Below are positions 25,742 to 35,483 of a stretch of 54,422 bases of DNA, in pieces. The DNA is taken from contig CAZBKJ010000003.1 of NCBI GenBank assembly GCA_964492495.1, positions 1-54,422 of the forward strand. Direction: 5' to 3'. The position numbers and the translations under genes were made by a program. Under the pieces are notes generated by a model. That model searched no databases. It saw only the letters and a program-made list of their open reading frames with translations, and was not told where the DNA came from. This DNA is from an uncultured Pseudomonadales bacterium. GTDB taxonomy: Bacteria > Patescibacteriota > Microgenomatia > UBA1400 > UBA12028. Numbering within the stretch: the first letter of the stretch is position 1; each line of letters starts with the position of its first letter.

Positions 25742-27411
25742 TTATTTTTCATCGGGAACTGCGATGCTATAGGCTTTATAGGTCGCATTCTGAAGTACCG
25801 TGCTTTTCTCTGGTTTGTACTGAAGGTTCGCATCACAGTGTGCCATATCAACAATGAGCGTCTTTTGGGTACTTGGTTGGATATCAATAGAGGATGGACA
25901 GTCTGAATCAATAAAGCGCAGATTATCAACAAAAGGAAGAATGAGATTTTTTTGAAACTGGCCGGCAAGTTCTGGACTATAGTTATCTGTGTAAAAAAGA
26001 TAATAAATCACAAATATTTCTCTGGGGACGATAATTGTTTCGTAGTCTGATCTGATCTCGATCAAACGTTTTGCAAGCTTTGTTCGATCATCATAGCGTG
26101 TAAAGGCTTGAGCTGAGGGAGAGAGAACAATGTAGTGATGGAAAAAGTAGAGAGTCTCTCCTGCAAACACGAGCCAGAATGCCACTATAAGTAGTTTCCA
26201 ATATTTTTTGAGACTTGAAAAACGGTAGTACAAGAAAGAGAACAAGAGGACAAGTGCTGATCCAAACACTGCACTTCTGTGCACATTGGGTATTTCATCG
26301 AGGGTCACTGCTGCAGAAAGTGGGGTAATAAGTACAAGCCAGAGAATCAACAGAAGGAGAGTAGGGTTCCAGTTTTGCGCTTGCAACTCCTCACGATTGG
26401 CTAGCACAAGCCCACCAACAAAGAGTGTTAAAGCAAGCAGAGCAATGGGAAAGAGACCTTGATCAGGAACCAAGTATCGAAAAGGCCTTCCACCATCGAG
26501 GAACAAAAAACTTGGTGACCAGTAGGAAAAATACTGTCTGATAATCTCTCGTGAGTAGACGAGCGGTTTGTTTGCAAAAATTTTCAGATCCAAATTGTGG
26601 CCTTCACCGGCAGCGGGTGCATAGGCATCAATACGGTTTTGTACTGCGTTATTAAAATAAAATACAGATGTTTGCTTAAATCGTGCAGAGCCCCAGTATG
26701 TCAAGCTGATTGATATGGTCAAGCCAAAAAACAAAATTGTTAAGGCTGTCAGGATCTTTAAGCTTGCAGACTTCCAGTACAAAACGACCATAGCGACAAA
26801 AAGCAGCGGAAAGTCAAAAAAGGTTTTTCCAGGATTAACCGAAATGGCTGATATAAAAAATACGACAACACAAAAAGTGCTGTCGAAATCAAATAGTTTC
26901 TTCGCTGATTTATGCCATCAGCAGCTTGCGTTAGAAGAAAAAAACCAGTTAGTATGACGGTTGATCCTGTAACAGCTTCCGCTGTAGAGCGCGACAACAC
27001 AATATTCCAGGGGGAAAATGCCATGAACACAGCGGACGCGAGACTCGCTTCGATGGAGTTGGTGAGCTTTCGTATCAGTAGATAGACAGGAAAAACTGAT
27101 AGTGCTCCCATAAGGGCTATTGGAAACCTGATCGCGAACTCAGACTTCCCGAGCAGGTAGGTAAATACTCCAGAGAAATACATCGGAATAATATTTGGGT
27201 AGTCACCAAAGTTGTCAAAATAGAACACAGGCCAAGAATTGTTGTAGAGATCCTTCCCATTTTCAAGAGTAAATCGTCCCACATACCCATTCATAATTTC
27301 GTCTTGATGCAGATGCCGGGGAAGAGATCCCAACATGAATACGCGAACAAAAAATGCAAGAAAAAAAATGAAAAACAACAAAAAATACTGTTTTTTGAAA
27401 AATAAACGCAT
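25742..27411 (-). pseudogene. GT-C glycosyltransferase (same subfamily as 20998 and 23180) interrupted by a frameshift
   Basis: Two overlapping - strand ORFs in different frames (27411/27447-26758 and 26791-25742) together reconstitute one paralogue-length protein. The N-terminal part has HQDEIMNGYVG...FDNFGDYPNIIPMY and AFSPWNIVLSR. The C-terminal part has YFSYWSPSFLFLDGG, collinear with SSHFSPSFLFVRGDG in 23180. The break maps to about 26791-26862, which is rich in A/T homopolymers. Confidence 0.6.
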
Positions 27412-27541
27412 AGAGTTGTAACGACTAGAGTGTGTTGAAAGGAACACGAATCAAGGCATTATTTCATGGTAGTTCCAAGATGAGAAGTGCCTGATCTGAA
27501 GTCTTGTCATTCCACCAGCCAAAGGGTAGAGTAGGATCACA

Positions 27542-28576
27542 ATGAATATACGTATTGATACCTCACCGTTAGCAAATAGCAATGCAGTGCGTGGTGTCGG
27601 AAGATACACAAGAGAGTTGGTGCAGTCCCTTCAAGCGCTCGGGTCTTCACACTCTTTTTTCACTTCTGAAAACTCACCAGATACAGTCGATATCGTTCAT
27701 TATCCATTTTTTGATTTTTTCTTCGCAACACTTCCCTTTTTTAAAAAAGCCAAAACAATCGTGACTATCCATGATGTGATCCCACTATTGTTTCCAAAAC
27801 ACTATCCCATGGGAATTCGAGGTCGACTACGGTTTCTGCGTCAACGACTTGCACTTCGCTCTGTCTCACACGTTATTACCGACTCAGAAGTGTCAAAACG
27901 AGATATTGTTGACCATTTAAAGATAAGTAGTGAAAAAGTAAGTGTTGTGCCTCTGGCTGCTGGCCAAGACATTAAGCGTCCGCTTCAACCTGTATTGGAT
28001 GCTGTTCGCAAGAAATACAACTTGCCTAAAAACTTTGTGCTGTATGTGGGAGATATTAATTACAATAAAAATTTGCCATTCCTTATTCATGTCATGAAAA
28101 AAATTCCCACGCACACACTCGTCTTTGTTGGATCATCTTTCAATAACACACAGATTCCAGAAGGAAGAGCAATACACTCAACAATAGAATCCTTAGGGAT
28201 GCAGAAAAGAGTTCGCTGTATAGACAATGTTGTGGGTGAGAATGCGACTGATCTACCAGCTATCTATGCGCTCGCAAGTGTCTACGTGCAACCATCGTTG
28301 TATGAAGGCTTTGGACTCCCAGTGCTTGAAGCGATGCAGTGTAAAACTCCAGTCGTTTGTTCAAAAGCAGGGAGTCTTCCGGAAGTGGGAGGCTCTGCTG
28401 CTTTGTATTTTCACCCAATGGAAGAGCAGGATTGTAAAGATGCGATCATGAAGGTACTTCGAGCCTCGGGTACTGTCAGGGCGCGCATGGTGCGAAAAGG
28501 CGTCGAGCAAGCAGAGCAGTTTACCTGGAAAAAAACAGCTCAAAACACGCTTTCGGTCTATGAATCGGTAGGTTAA
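27542..28576 (+). CDS. GT4 (group 1) glycosyltransferase
   Basis: The SLYEGFGLPVLEAMQCKTPVVCS E-x7-E block and an N-terminal RGVGRYTREL typical of mannosyl/glucosyl GT4 enzymes are present. Confidence 0.85.
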   Translation: MNIRIDTSPLANSNAVRGVGRYTRELVQSLQALGSSHSFFTSENSPDTVDIVHYPFFDFFFATLPFFKKAKTIVTIHDVIPLLFPKHYPMGIRGRLRFLRQRLALRSVSHVITDSEVSKRDIVDHLKISSEKVSVVPLAAGQDIKRPLQPVLDAVRKKYNLPKNFVLYVGDINYNKNLPFLIHVMKKIPTHTLVFVGSSFNNTQIPEGRAIHSTIESLGMQKRVRCIDNVVGENATDLPAIYALASVYVQPSLYEGFGLPVLEAMQCKTPVVCSKAGSLPEVGGSAALYFHPMEEQDCKDAIMKVLRASGTVRARMVRKGVEQAEQFTWKKTAQNTLSVYESVG

Positions 28577-28610
28577 AAAGCGTAGACTAGAAGTACACAT
28601 ATACAGTGCT

Positions 28611-30620
28611 ATGAACTCTCTTTTTGATCTGAACTTTTTGCTGAACTCAGTTCTTTTTTGTATCGGCATACTTGCCTTCTTTTTTGTCCCTGGTTTTGTT
28701 TTCCTACAAAAAATTCGTTTTTCCTATTCGAGTTTGGCAACGCTCGTGCTTTCGTTTGGCATAGGGATGTGTTTGTGGGGAATTCAAGGATATATCTTTG
28801 GATATCTTCAAATCCGAAGTTACACCTATGTGTATATGTTGTTTTGTGTTTTGTATGCAGTTTTATTTGGCGATGAGCTATGGGTGTTTGTAAAACACAG
28901 TGTAAGTCGTTTAAAGAGAATGGATACTGTGCTTTTAGTTCTTTTGTGTATTGGTGTTTTCATTCAGTCAGTCCAAATGTTTGGATCAGGAATCCAAACC
29001 CAAGAAGGCATGTCTTTGTATCGGGTACATGGTCAGGATGGAATGTTTCATTTAAGTCTCATCCAAAGCATCGTTGCGTCGTTTCCGCCAGTTGAACCAG
29101 GAGCAGTTGGTGTGCCAGTGGTAAACTATCACTACTGGTCAGATCTTATTATTGCTGAAGTTTCACGTACTCTAGCCATTCCAATTCCAGAACTGTTTTT
29201 TCAGTTCTTCCCAATTTTTATTTCGCTGCTCACTGCACTCGCTTTGCTAGTATTTTTGAGCTTATTCGGACAAAAGGAGAGCGTTTTTAAAAAAACATTT
29301 TCAAGACTCAGCGTGTTTTTTCTGTTTGCTGGTTCTGATCTCGCGTACATAGTCATGCTATGGCTGCGCCAAGTGTGGGGATTTCATACATCGGCGATTG
29401 ATAACGGGGCAACACAGTTTCTCAATATGCCACATGCAATGGCGAAATTTTTGTTTTTTTGCGCACTGTTTAGTTTTGTGTACTGGACACGAGACAAAAG
29501 AAAAATCTTTGCTATCACACCAATTGTTTTAGGAGCAGTTTTATTTGGGGTGAAAATATATTTCGCGCTTCTTTTTTGTCTAATTATCGCAGTGTATGGT
29601 ATCTGTCTCTTTATTGTTGAAATTTTTCGCAAAGGATTTCAGACCTTTCGACCGCAGTCCTTTGTGATGGAGTATATTGGTTTTTGTATCGTTTTGATTG
29701 GGTTTGCACTTTGTATCTATTTGCCTGCAAATAAAAATGCTGGAGGTCTTGGGTACTATCCATTGGAATGGCCGAAACTCTTTTTATCTCAAGAAAACCT
29801 TGATTGGACGACTCTTCGATATAAGAAAGCGATCGCAGAGTATGTACATAACACTCCGAAAATTGTGTACTACGATCTAATTGCGATTTTTGTAACAATG
29901 CTTTGTGTCCATGGAACGCGAGCCATTGGATTTCTTCCAACAAAAAAGATGATTACTTTTTTTGGAAAAAAGTTGACTGCAGCTTTTTTTGTTTCATCGT
30001 TTATTTTCACTTTTTTGGGTTTGTATACACTCCAAGTTAGTGGAAGTTTTAATGTATTTAACTTCTTCGCATCAAGTCTTTCTATTCTTGCTGTAACTAC
30101 GGCGTTTGTACTGTCACAGTTTTGGGAATCAAAAAGAATATTTTTAAAAGGAGTTGTGGTCATCATCGTTCTCTTGACGTTACCAAGAATTATTTTTGAA
30201 ACACACAAAATACTGTATTCATACCAAGCTAGGATAGACCGCACCCTTATACCAAGTGAGGAGATACAAGCGCTCACTGTCGTTGCCAATGTACAGGAAA
30301 AAAACTGTGTCATTCAGTCCCATCCAGAGAATCAATATGATTTTGCATCACCGTATGTCTCATACTTTTCCAACTGCAATTCATATATAGCGGGACAAAA
30401 AGTTCTTGAGACACATAACCAACCAACTGAAATTCGGGTGAAAGAACTCCGAGAGATATTTTCATATTCAGATCCCAATCGATTCCAATCGGCACTGAAA
30501 GCAAAAGGCATCGTATTTTTGTACCTCACAAAAGGACAATTGCTCCCAGTAGACCCGTCACTTGCAAATATGAGTCTTCTCTATGAGAATAGTTCTGCTC
30601 AGCTCTATAGAATTAATTGA
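28611..30620 (+). CDS. Large polytopic membrane protein of unknown function (candidate polymerase or GT-C-like enzyme)
   Basis: 669 aa with about 14 TM segments and a soluble C-terminal roughly 130 aa. I cannot assign any diagnostic motif. The coding call is supported by length and strong TM periodicity. Confidence 0.5.
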   Translation: MNSLFDLNFLLNSVLFCIGILAFFFVPGFVFLQKIRFSYSSLATLVLSFGIGMCLWGIQGYIFGYLQIRSYTYVYMLFCVLYAVLFGDELWVFVKHSVSRLKRMDTVLLVLLCIGVFIQSVQMFGSGIQTQEGMSLYRVHGQDGMFHLSLIQSIVASFPPVEPGAVGVPVVNYHYWSDLIIAEVSRTLAIPIPELFFQFFPIFISLLTALALLVFLSLFGQKESVFKKTFSRLSVFFLFAGSDLAYIVMLWLRQVWGFHTSAIDNGATQFLNMPHAMAKFLFFCALFSFVYWTRDKRKIFAITPIVLGAVLFGVKIYFALLFCLIIAVYGICLFIVEIFRKGFQTFRPQSFVMEYIGFCIVLIGFALCIYLPANKNAGGLGYYPLEWPKLFLSQENLDWTTLRYKKAIAEYVHNTPKIVYYDLIAIFVTMLCVHGTRAIGFLPTKKMITFFGKKLTAAFFVSSFIFTFLGLYTLQVSGSFNVFNFFASSLSILAVTTAFVLSQFWESKRIFLKGVVVIIVLLTLPRIIFETHKILYSYQARIDRTLIPSEEIQALTVVANVQEKNCVIQSHPENQYDFASPYVSYFSNCNSYIAGQKVLETHNQPTEIRVKELREIFSYSDPNRFQSALKAKGIVFLYLTKGQLLPVDPSLANMSLLYENSSAQLYRIN

Positions 30621-30636
30621 GTGAAAAAGGAATACT

Positions 30637-31539
30637 ATGAACATACTAGTTACGGGTGGTGCAGGTTTTTTGGGGAAGCATCTGTGTAGAGCGCTCGCCA
30701 AAGCAGGTCACACTGTGCGAGTGCTTGATATAAGAGAAAATTCGGAGTTTGAAACAGTTCTTGGAGATATCAGTGATGCAAGTATCGTATCGCAATCTCT
30801 CTCTGGAGTTGAAACTGTATTTCATCTTGCAAGCTCGATAGAAGCCGGTGAATCTGTCAAAAAACCATTGGAGTACACAAAAAACAATGTGCTTGGAAGT
30901 ATTGTGCTTTTGGAAGAGATGCGAAAACTTGGAGTGAAAACGTTTATTTTTAGCTCCAGTGCCGCCGTGTACGGTGAACCGCTACGAGTTCCAATATTTG
31001 AAGATGATCGCACCATGCCAATTAACCCGTATGGCATGACGAAACTTGCCATGGAGGCTTTGGCAAGTTCATATAGCTACAATCACGGATTTACCTGTGT
31101 TGCACTTCGATACTTTAATCTGTACGGTCCTGAAGAAAACCATGATCCAGAAACGCATGCCATTCCCCGATTCATTTCGCAAATTACCAAAGGAGAAGAA
31201 GTAACAGTTTGGGGAGAAGGTGAGCACCAACGTGATTTTGTGTATGTCCATGACATTGTGGATGCACATATACAGGCACTCTCTCTTCCGAAAGAACAGT
31301 TTCACTACATAAATCTTTCAGGGAAAAATGCAACGAAAGTCATTGATATCATTGCGATGATTTCGAAATTACTTGGCAAAGAAGCGAAAATTAAGTTTTT
31401 CCCAGCGCGACCGGGTGATCCGCTCCTCTTATTTGCTGATGGAACGAAAGCAAAAGAACAACTTCACTGGACATCGGCAACGAGCTTAGAAGAAGGCTTG
31501 AAAAAAACAGTCGAGTACTTTACGAGTCACCCGTTATGA
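30637..31539 (+). CDS. NAD-dependent sugar-nucleotide epimerase (GalE-like SDR)
   Basis: [33 protein letters not shown] (YxxxK) and RYFNLYGP are present. Confidence 0.8.
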   Translation: MNILVTGGAGFLGKHLCRALAKAGHTVRVLDIRENSEFETVLGDISDASIVSQSLSGVETVFHLASSIEAGESVKKPLEYTKNNVLGSIVLLEEMRKLGVKTFIFSSSAAVYGEPLRVPIFEDDRTMPINPYGMTKLAMEALASSYSYNHGFTCVALRYFNLYGPEENHDPETHAIPRFISQITKGEEVTVWGEGEHQRDFVYVHDIVDAHIQALSLPKEQFHYINLSGKNATKVIDIIAMISKLLGKEAKIKFFPARPGDPLLLFADGTKAKEQLHWTSATSLEEGLKKTVEYFTSHPL

Positions 31540-32198
31540 ACACTGACACTTGGGTAATTGTTCCAGGCTTTAATGAAGAAACGTACATTGATACAGTGCT
31601 TTTAAAAATTGGAAAAGAAACATCCAACATCATTTATGTTGATGATGGATCCAGTGACCAAAGCGTCTTTATAGCAAAAAAACGAGCAAAACACGTACTG
31701 GCTCATCAAACAAATCTTGGTAAAGGGGCTGCATTAAAAACCGGATGTGAGTTCGCGTTTGAAACACTGCAGGCAAAAGCCGTCATCTTCATGGATGCTG
31801 ACGATCAGCATGATCCGAAAGAAATTCCAAAGTTTATCTTCGAGCTTACAAGGTACGACATGGTATTTGGCGTACGAAAACTTGACGCTGCAATGCCGGT
31901 ATTAAAGTTTTTACAAAATAAAGGTGCTTCAATTTTATTAAACCTTTTGTACGGTGGATACATCCCAGATATTCCGTCAGGATACAAAGCCATGACAAAA
32001 AAAGGCTATCAAAAGGTTCGCTGGAAATCTCCAGGTTATGAAGTAGAGACTGAGATTGCGATGCGAGTCGCGAAAGAGAAAGTCTCATTTACCACAATTG
32101 ATATCGAGACAATCTATCACGATAGTGATAAAGGAATGACGATGCTTGATGCACTTCATATCTGCTCTTGTCTGATACAATGGAGATTAGGAATATGA
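31536..32198 (+). CDS. Small GT2 glycosyltransferase (GtrB/polyprenol-phosphate glycosyltransferase-like)
   Basis: VIVPGFNEE, VDDGSSDQS, FMDADDQHDP and DIPSGYKAM. It has an ATGA overlap with the upstream stop. Confidence 0.78.
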   Translation: MNTDTWVIVPGFNEETYIDTVLLKIGKETSNIIYVDDGSSDQSVFIAKKRAKHVLAHQTNLGKGAALKTGCEFAFETLQAKAVIFMDADDQHDPKEIPKFIFELTRYDMVFGVRKLDAAMPVLKFLQNKGASILLNLLYGGYIPDIPSGYKAMTKKGYQKVRWKSPGYEVETEIAMRVAKEKVSFTTIDIETIYHDSDKGMTMLDALHICSCLIQWRLGI

Positions 32199-32533
32199 TG
32201 TTACTTCAGATAATTTCGGTCGTTTTTGGACTTTTCATGCTGTATGTCGTGAGAATTCACCATAAAAAGCGTCATTTAGAAAATTTTGAGTTTGGAATCT
32301 GGATAGCACTCTGGAGCTTGTTTATTTTTCTCGCAATGTTTCCTCAAACCGTTCAAGGAATCACGCAAACACTTCGTATTGCGAGAGTTTTTGATCTTCT
32401 TGTGGTCATCGCATTGATGATAATGATTTTCCTGACGTATTTTAATCGCATTGAGCATAAAACTCTGGAAAAGAAACTTGAACGTATTGTCCGCAAACAA
32501 GCTATCGATGAAACTACAAAATCCAACACTTAG
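32195..32533 (+). CDS. Small 3-4 TM membrane protein, DUF2304-like GT2 partner
   Basis: Start set to ATG 32195 (ATGA overlap). It is about 112 aa with hydrophobic helices and a charged C-terminal tail (LEKKLERIVRKQAI). DUF2304-type proteins typically sit next to small GT2 genes. The family call is from memory of the general pattern. Confidence 0.5.
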   Translation: MMLLQIISVVFGLFMLYVVRIHHKKRHLENFEFGIWIALWSLFIFLAMFPQTVQGITQTLRIARVFDLLVVIALMIMIFLTYFNRIEHKTLEKKLERIVRKQAIDETTKSNT

Positions 32534-33284
32534 TGTTATTACACCTTCATTCAATCAAGGACACTTTATCAAGCAAACGATCGACAGTGTCTTGGGACAA
32601 AGTCATGCACCACTTGAGTACATTGTCATGGACGGGCAAAGTCAGGATACGACCGTTTCAATCTTGAAAACATACGCTAAACGACTGTCATGGACGAGTG
32701 AAAAAGATAGAGGACAGACACATGCAATTAATAAAGGCCTTGCACAGTGCCGCGGTGATATTGTGTGTTATATCAACTCCGATGACTATTTCCTTCCTGA
32801 TGCATTCAAGACAGTTCTGACTTTCTTTCGTAGCCACCCAGATGAAAATTGGGTTGTTGGGGATGCGGTCATCGTCAATGAAACAGGAAAAGAAATCCAA
32901 GGGTATGTTCGGTGGTATAAGAAATTGATTCGGGAGTTTTTGCCAAGCTTTTTGTTGTATATTCTCAATCCCTATCCGCAACCATCGGTGTTTATTAAAA
33001 AATCTGCGCTAAAGCAGATTGGATTGTTTGATGAATCCTTACGATTTACAATGGACTATGACTGTTGGCTCAAGCTGTACCGACAATTTGGCGCTCCCTC
33101 TATACTTTCAACTTCACTTTCAGCGTTTCGCATTCACTCCACGTCAAAGGGAAGTCTTTCGTACAAAAAACAGTTTTCAGAAGAATTGTCTGTGCTTGAA
33201 CGATATAGTGCAAATCCTGTTGTGATTGGCTTGCATAAGCTTCATAACCAATGTATTCTTTGGTCGTACGCGCTGATTAAGTAG
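32508..33284 (+). CDS. GT2 glycosyltransferase (WcaA-like)
   Basis: Start set to ATG 32508 (MKLQNPTLSVITPSFNQG...). Motifs are EYIVMDGQSQDTT and YINSDDYF. Confidence 0.8.
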   Translation: MKLQNPTLSVITPSFNQGHFIKQTIDSVLGQSHAPLEYIVMDGQSQDTTVSILKTYAKRLSWTSEKDRGQTHAINKGLAQCRGDIVCYINSDDYFLPDAFKTVLTFFRSHPDENWVVGDAVIVNETGKEIQGYVRWYKKLIREFLPSFLLYILNPYPQPSVFIKKSALKQIGLFDESLRFTMDYDCWLKLYRQFGAPSILSTSLSAFRIHSTSKGSLSYKKQFSEELSVLERYSANPVVIGLHKLHNQCILWSYALIK

Positions 33285-33296
33285 TCAAGGATATGT

Positions 33297-34241
33297 ATGA
33301 AAAAAAGAGATCTTTCTTCAAAGAAAATACTGGTGACTGGTGGAGCTGGTTTTTTGGGATCGTACGTCGTGAAGGAGTTACTCAAAAGTGGTGCTCTAGG
33401 GCGAAATATTACGATACCTCGTTCAAAAGACTATGACCTGCGTAGTCAAACAGTGGTCGCCAAGTTGGTGAAGGGTATGGATATTGTCATTCATTTGGCT
33501 GCAAATGTTGGTGGAATTGGGTACAACCAAAAAAACCCCGGAAGTTTGTTTTATGACAACCTCGTAATGGGGGTTCATCTTATGGAAGAGTCACGAGTTG
33601 CAGGAGTAGAGAAATTTGTCGCTGTAGGAACAATCTGTGCGTATCCAAAGTACACACCGGTTCCATTTAAGGAAGAAGATCTTTGGAACGGATATCCGGA
33701 AGAAACAAATGCTCCGTACGGACTGGCAAAAAAGATGATGTTGGTGCAAGCGCAAAGTTACAGAGTGCAGTACAACTTCAACGCGATATACTTACTACCT
33801 GTTAATCTCTATGGTCCTGGTGATAACTTTAATCCTGACTCATCACATGTGATTCCAGCATTGATCAAAAAATTTGTTGAGGCAAAAAAAGAAAATGCCC
33901 CTACTGTTGAAATTTGGGGTACTGGAAAACCAACTCGAGAATTTTTATATGTAGAAGATGCAGCCCGCGCGATCACACTCGCGACCCTGTCCTATGATCA
34001 GTCAGATCCTGTGAATATTGGCTCAAGTTTTGAGATTAGTATCAAGGAACTCGCAACACTCATCAAAAAGCTTGTAGGGTTTTCGGGAAAAATTGTATTT
34101 GATGCGTCAAAACCTGATGGACAACCAAGAAGAAAGCTTGATGTCTCAAAAGCGAAGAACTATTTTGACTTCGAGTCTCAGGTATCCTTTACCAAAGGGT
34201 TACAAGAAACAATCGAGTGGTACACACAGCAAAAATCATAG
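33297..34241 (+). CDS. fcl: GDP-L-fucose synthase (GDP-4-keto-6-deoxy-D-mannose 3,5-epimerase/4-reductase)
   Basis: [28 protein letters not shown] (YxxxK), [28 protein letters not shown] and [10 protein letters not shown] are typical Fcl/WcaG blocks. Confidence 0.88.
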   Translation: MKKRDLSSKKILVTGGAGFLGSYVVKELLKSGALGRNITIPRSKDYDLRSQTVVAKLVKGMDIVIHLAANVGGIGYNQKNPGSLFYDNLVMGVHLMEESRVAGVEKFVAVGTICAYPKYTPVPFKEEDLWNGYPEETNAPYGLAKKMMLVQAQSYRVQYNFNAIYLLPVNLYGPGDNFNPDSSHVIPALIKKFVEAKKENAPTVEIWGTGKPTREFLYVEDAARAITLATLSYDQSDPVNIGSSFEISIKELATLIKKLVGFSGKIVFDASKPDGQPRRKLDVSKAKNYFDFESQVSFTKGLQETIEWYTQQKS

Positions 34242-34242
34242 C

Positions 34243-35481
34243 TTATTTTTCAAGTAAATACAGTCGATACGTTTCGTTTATTGTCCATTCCTTGGAAGGT
34301 TTGATACCTTCAAAGTTTCTCACTTCATACGCCTGCGTTCGTGCTCTGTCCTCTGGCTTTCCAATGATAAATAGTGCGTCGTTTTCGTTATAGTTGCTAG
34401 TTGAGCCCTGCACATTTTCTTTGTGTAAAAGGAAATACATGACAGATGCCTTTGTCTCGTATGCTAAGTTAACAACAGCAAAGTTGGTTTGCTGTTCGTT
34501 TCGGATAATTTCTACTACTTTGATCTCATCGATAACATTCCAGTCTGGCACCATACCAAATGCATGAGAGGGCTTTTGTGTAAAAAAGAGGATCGATGTA
34601 CACAAAATGCCTAGCGATAGAACCAGACTCAATTTTTTTGGTAACTCTTTTTTTGACAAGAAGAGACTCAAGAGAAGAAACGATATTGTGAGGAAGTAGT
34701 ATGTCTGCAAACTTCCTGTTTTTCCGACTGCTTCTCCTTGATTTGAAAGAAGTAACAACACTGTGCGGATATTATAGAAATTGCTATTGAGTTCATAGGC
34801 AATCATCGGGGCATAGCCCACAATAAGTCCAAAAAAGTACATCAATGAATTTTTTATCGACATTTTTTCTCCAACGATCAAATAGATGGTCAATACAAGG
34901 ATTCCCAATACCATTTGATAATGAAAAAGCAGCAGAAAAGAAGCCCAGAATCCACACAAAAATGCAGATCGTCGGTGTCTTTTTTCTCTAAAATGCCCCA
35001 AAAAGACCACTAGTAGTGGTGACAGAATAAACTGAATGTTTGGGTTCCACAAAAATCGGGAGTACTGGACGTAAAATGGGAACAAGCAGTACATACACAC
35101 AAGTAAAAGGGCATTATGTCTAGACATAAGTTTCTTGGCACCAACATACAACGGGATAGCCATTAGACACCCAAAAAGGGTCAGTAGCCACGAGGCAATG
35201 ACAGGATCAAAGTTACTTGGAACGAGAAATAGTAACAAAACATAGTAAATAGCACTGCTTTGGATGAGATATCTTCCCTGTACATTAAATGAGGCTGTAG
35301 GACCTGGTAGCGTGTGTTCTTTGGCTTTCCAGAGATCATAGGCTTGATGTGAGAAATATCCCTGATCTGTTGAAAAATTCAGGCTTTCAGTAAAAAAAAG
35401 AGTTTTTAGAACTAAAGAAGTACAAATCAAGAAAATGAGAATATAAAATGGAAGTGTTTTGGAGTGTTGTGTTTCTTTCAT
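34243..35481 (-). CDS. Polytopic membrane protein, putative GT-C glycosyltransferase, third member of the DQG(R/Y) subfamily
   Basis: STDQGYFSHQAYDLW...LPGPTASF...YY and SRFLWNPNIQF parallel DQGRD...GPVTS and RFSWNPNIVPF of 4658-6160. Confidence 0.65.
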   Translation of the reverse strand: MKETQHSKTLPFYILIFLICTSLVLKTLFFTESLNFSTDQGYFSHQAYDLWKAKEHTLPGPTASFNVQGRYLIQSSAIYYVLLLFLVPSNFDPVIASWLLTLFGCLMAIPLYVGAKKLMSRHNALLLVCMYCLFPFYVQYSRFLWNPNIQFILSPLLVVFLGHFREKRHRRSAFLCGFWASFLLLFHYQMVLGILVLTIYLIVGEKMSIKNSLMYFFGLIVGYAPMIAYELNSNFYNIRTVLLLLSNQGEAVGKTGSLQTYYFLTISFLLLSLFLSKKELPKKLSLVLSLGILCTSILFFTQKPSHAFGMVPDWNVIDEIKVVEIIRNEQQTNFAVVNLAYETKASVMYFLLHKENVQGSTSNYNENDALFIIGKPEDRARTQAYEVRNFEGIKPSKEWTINETYRLYLLEK

Positions 35482-35483
35482 AG

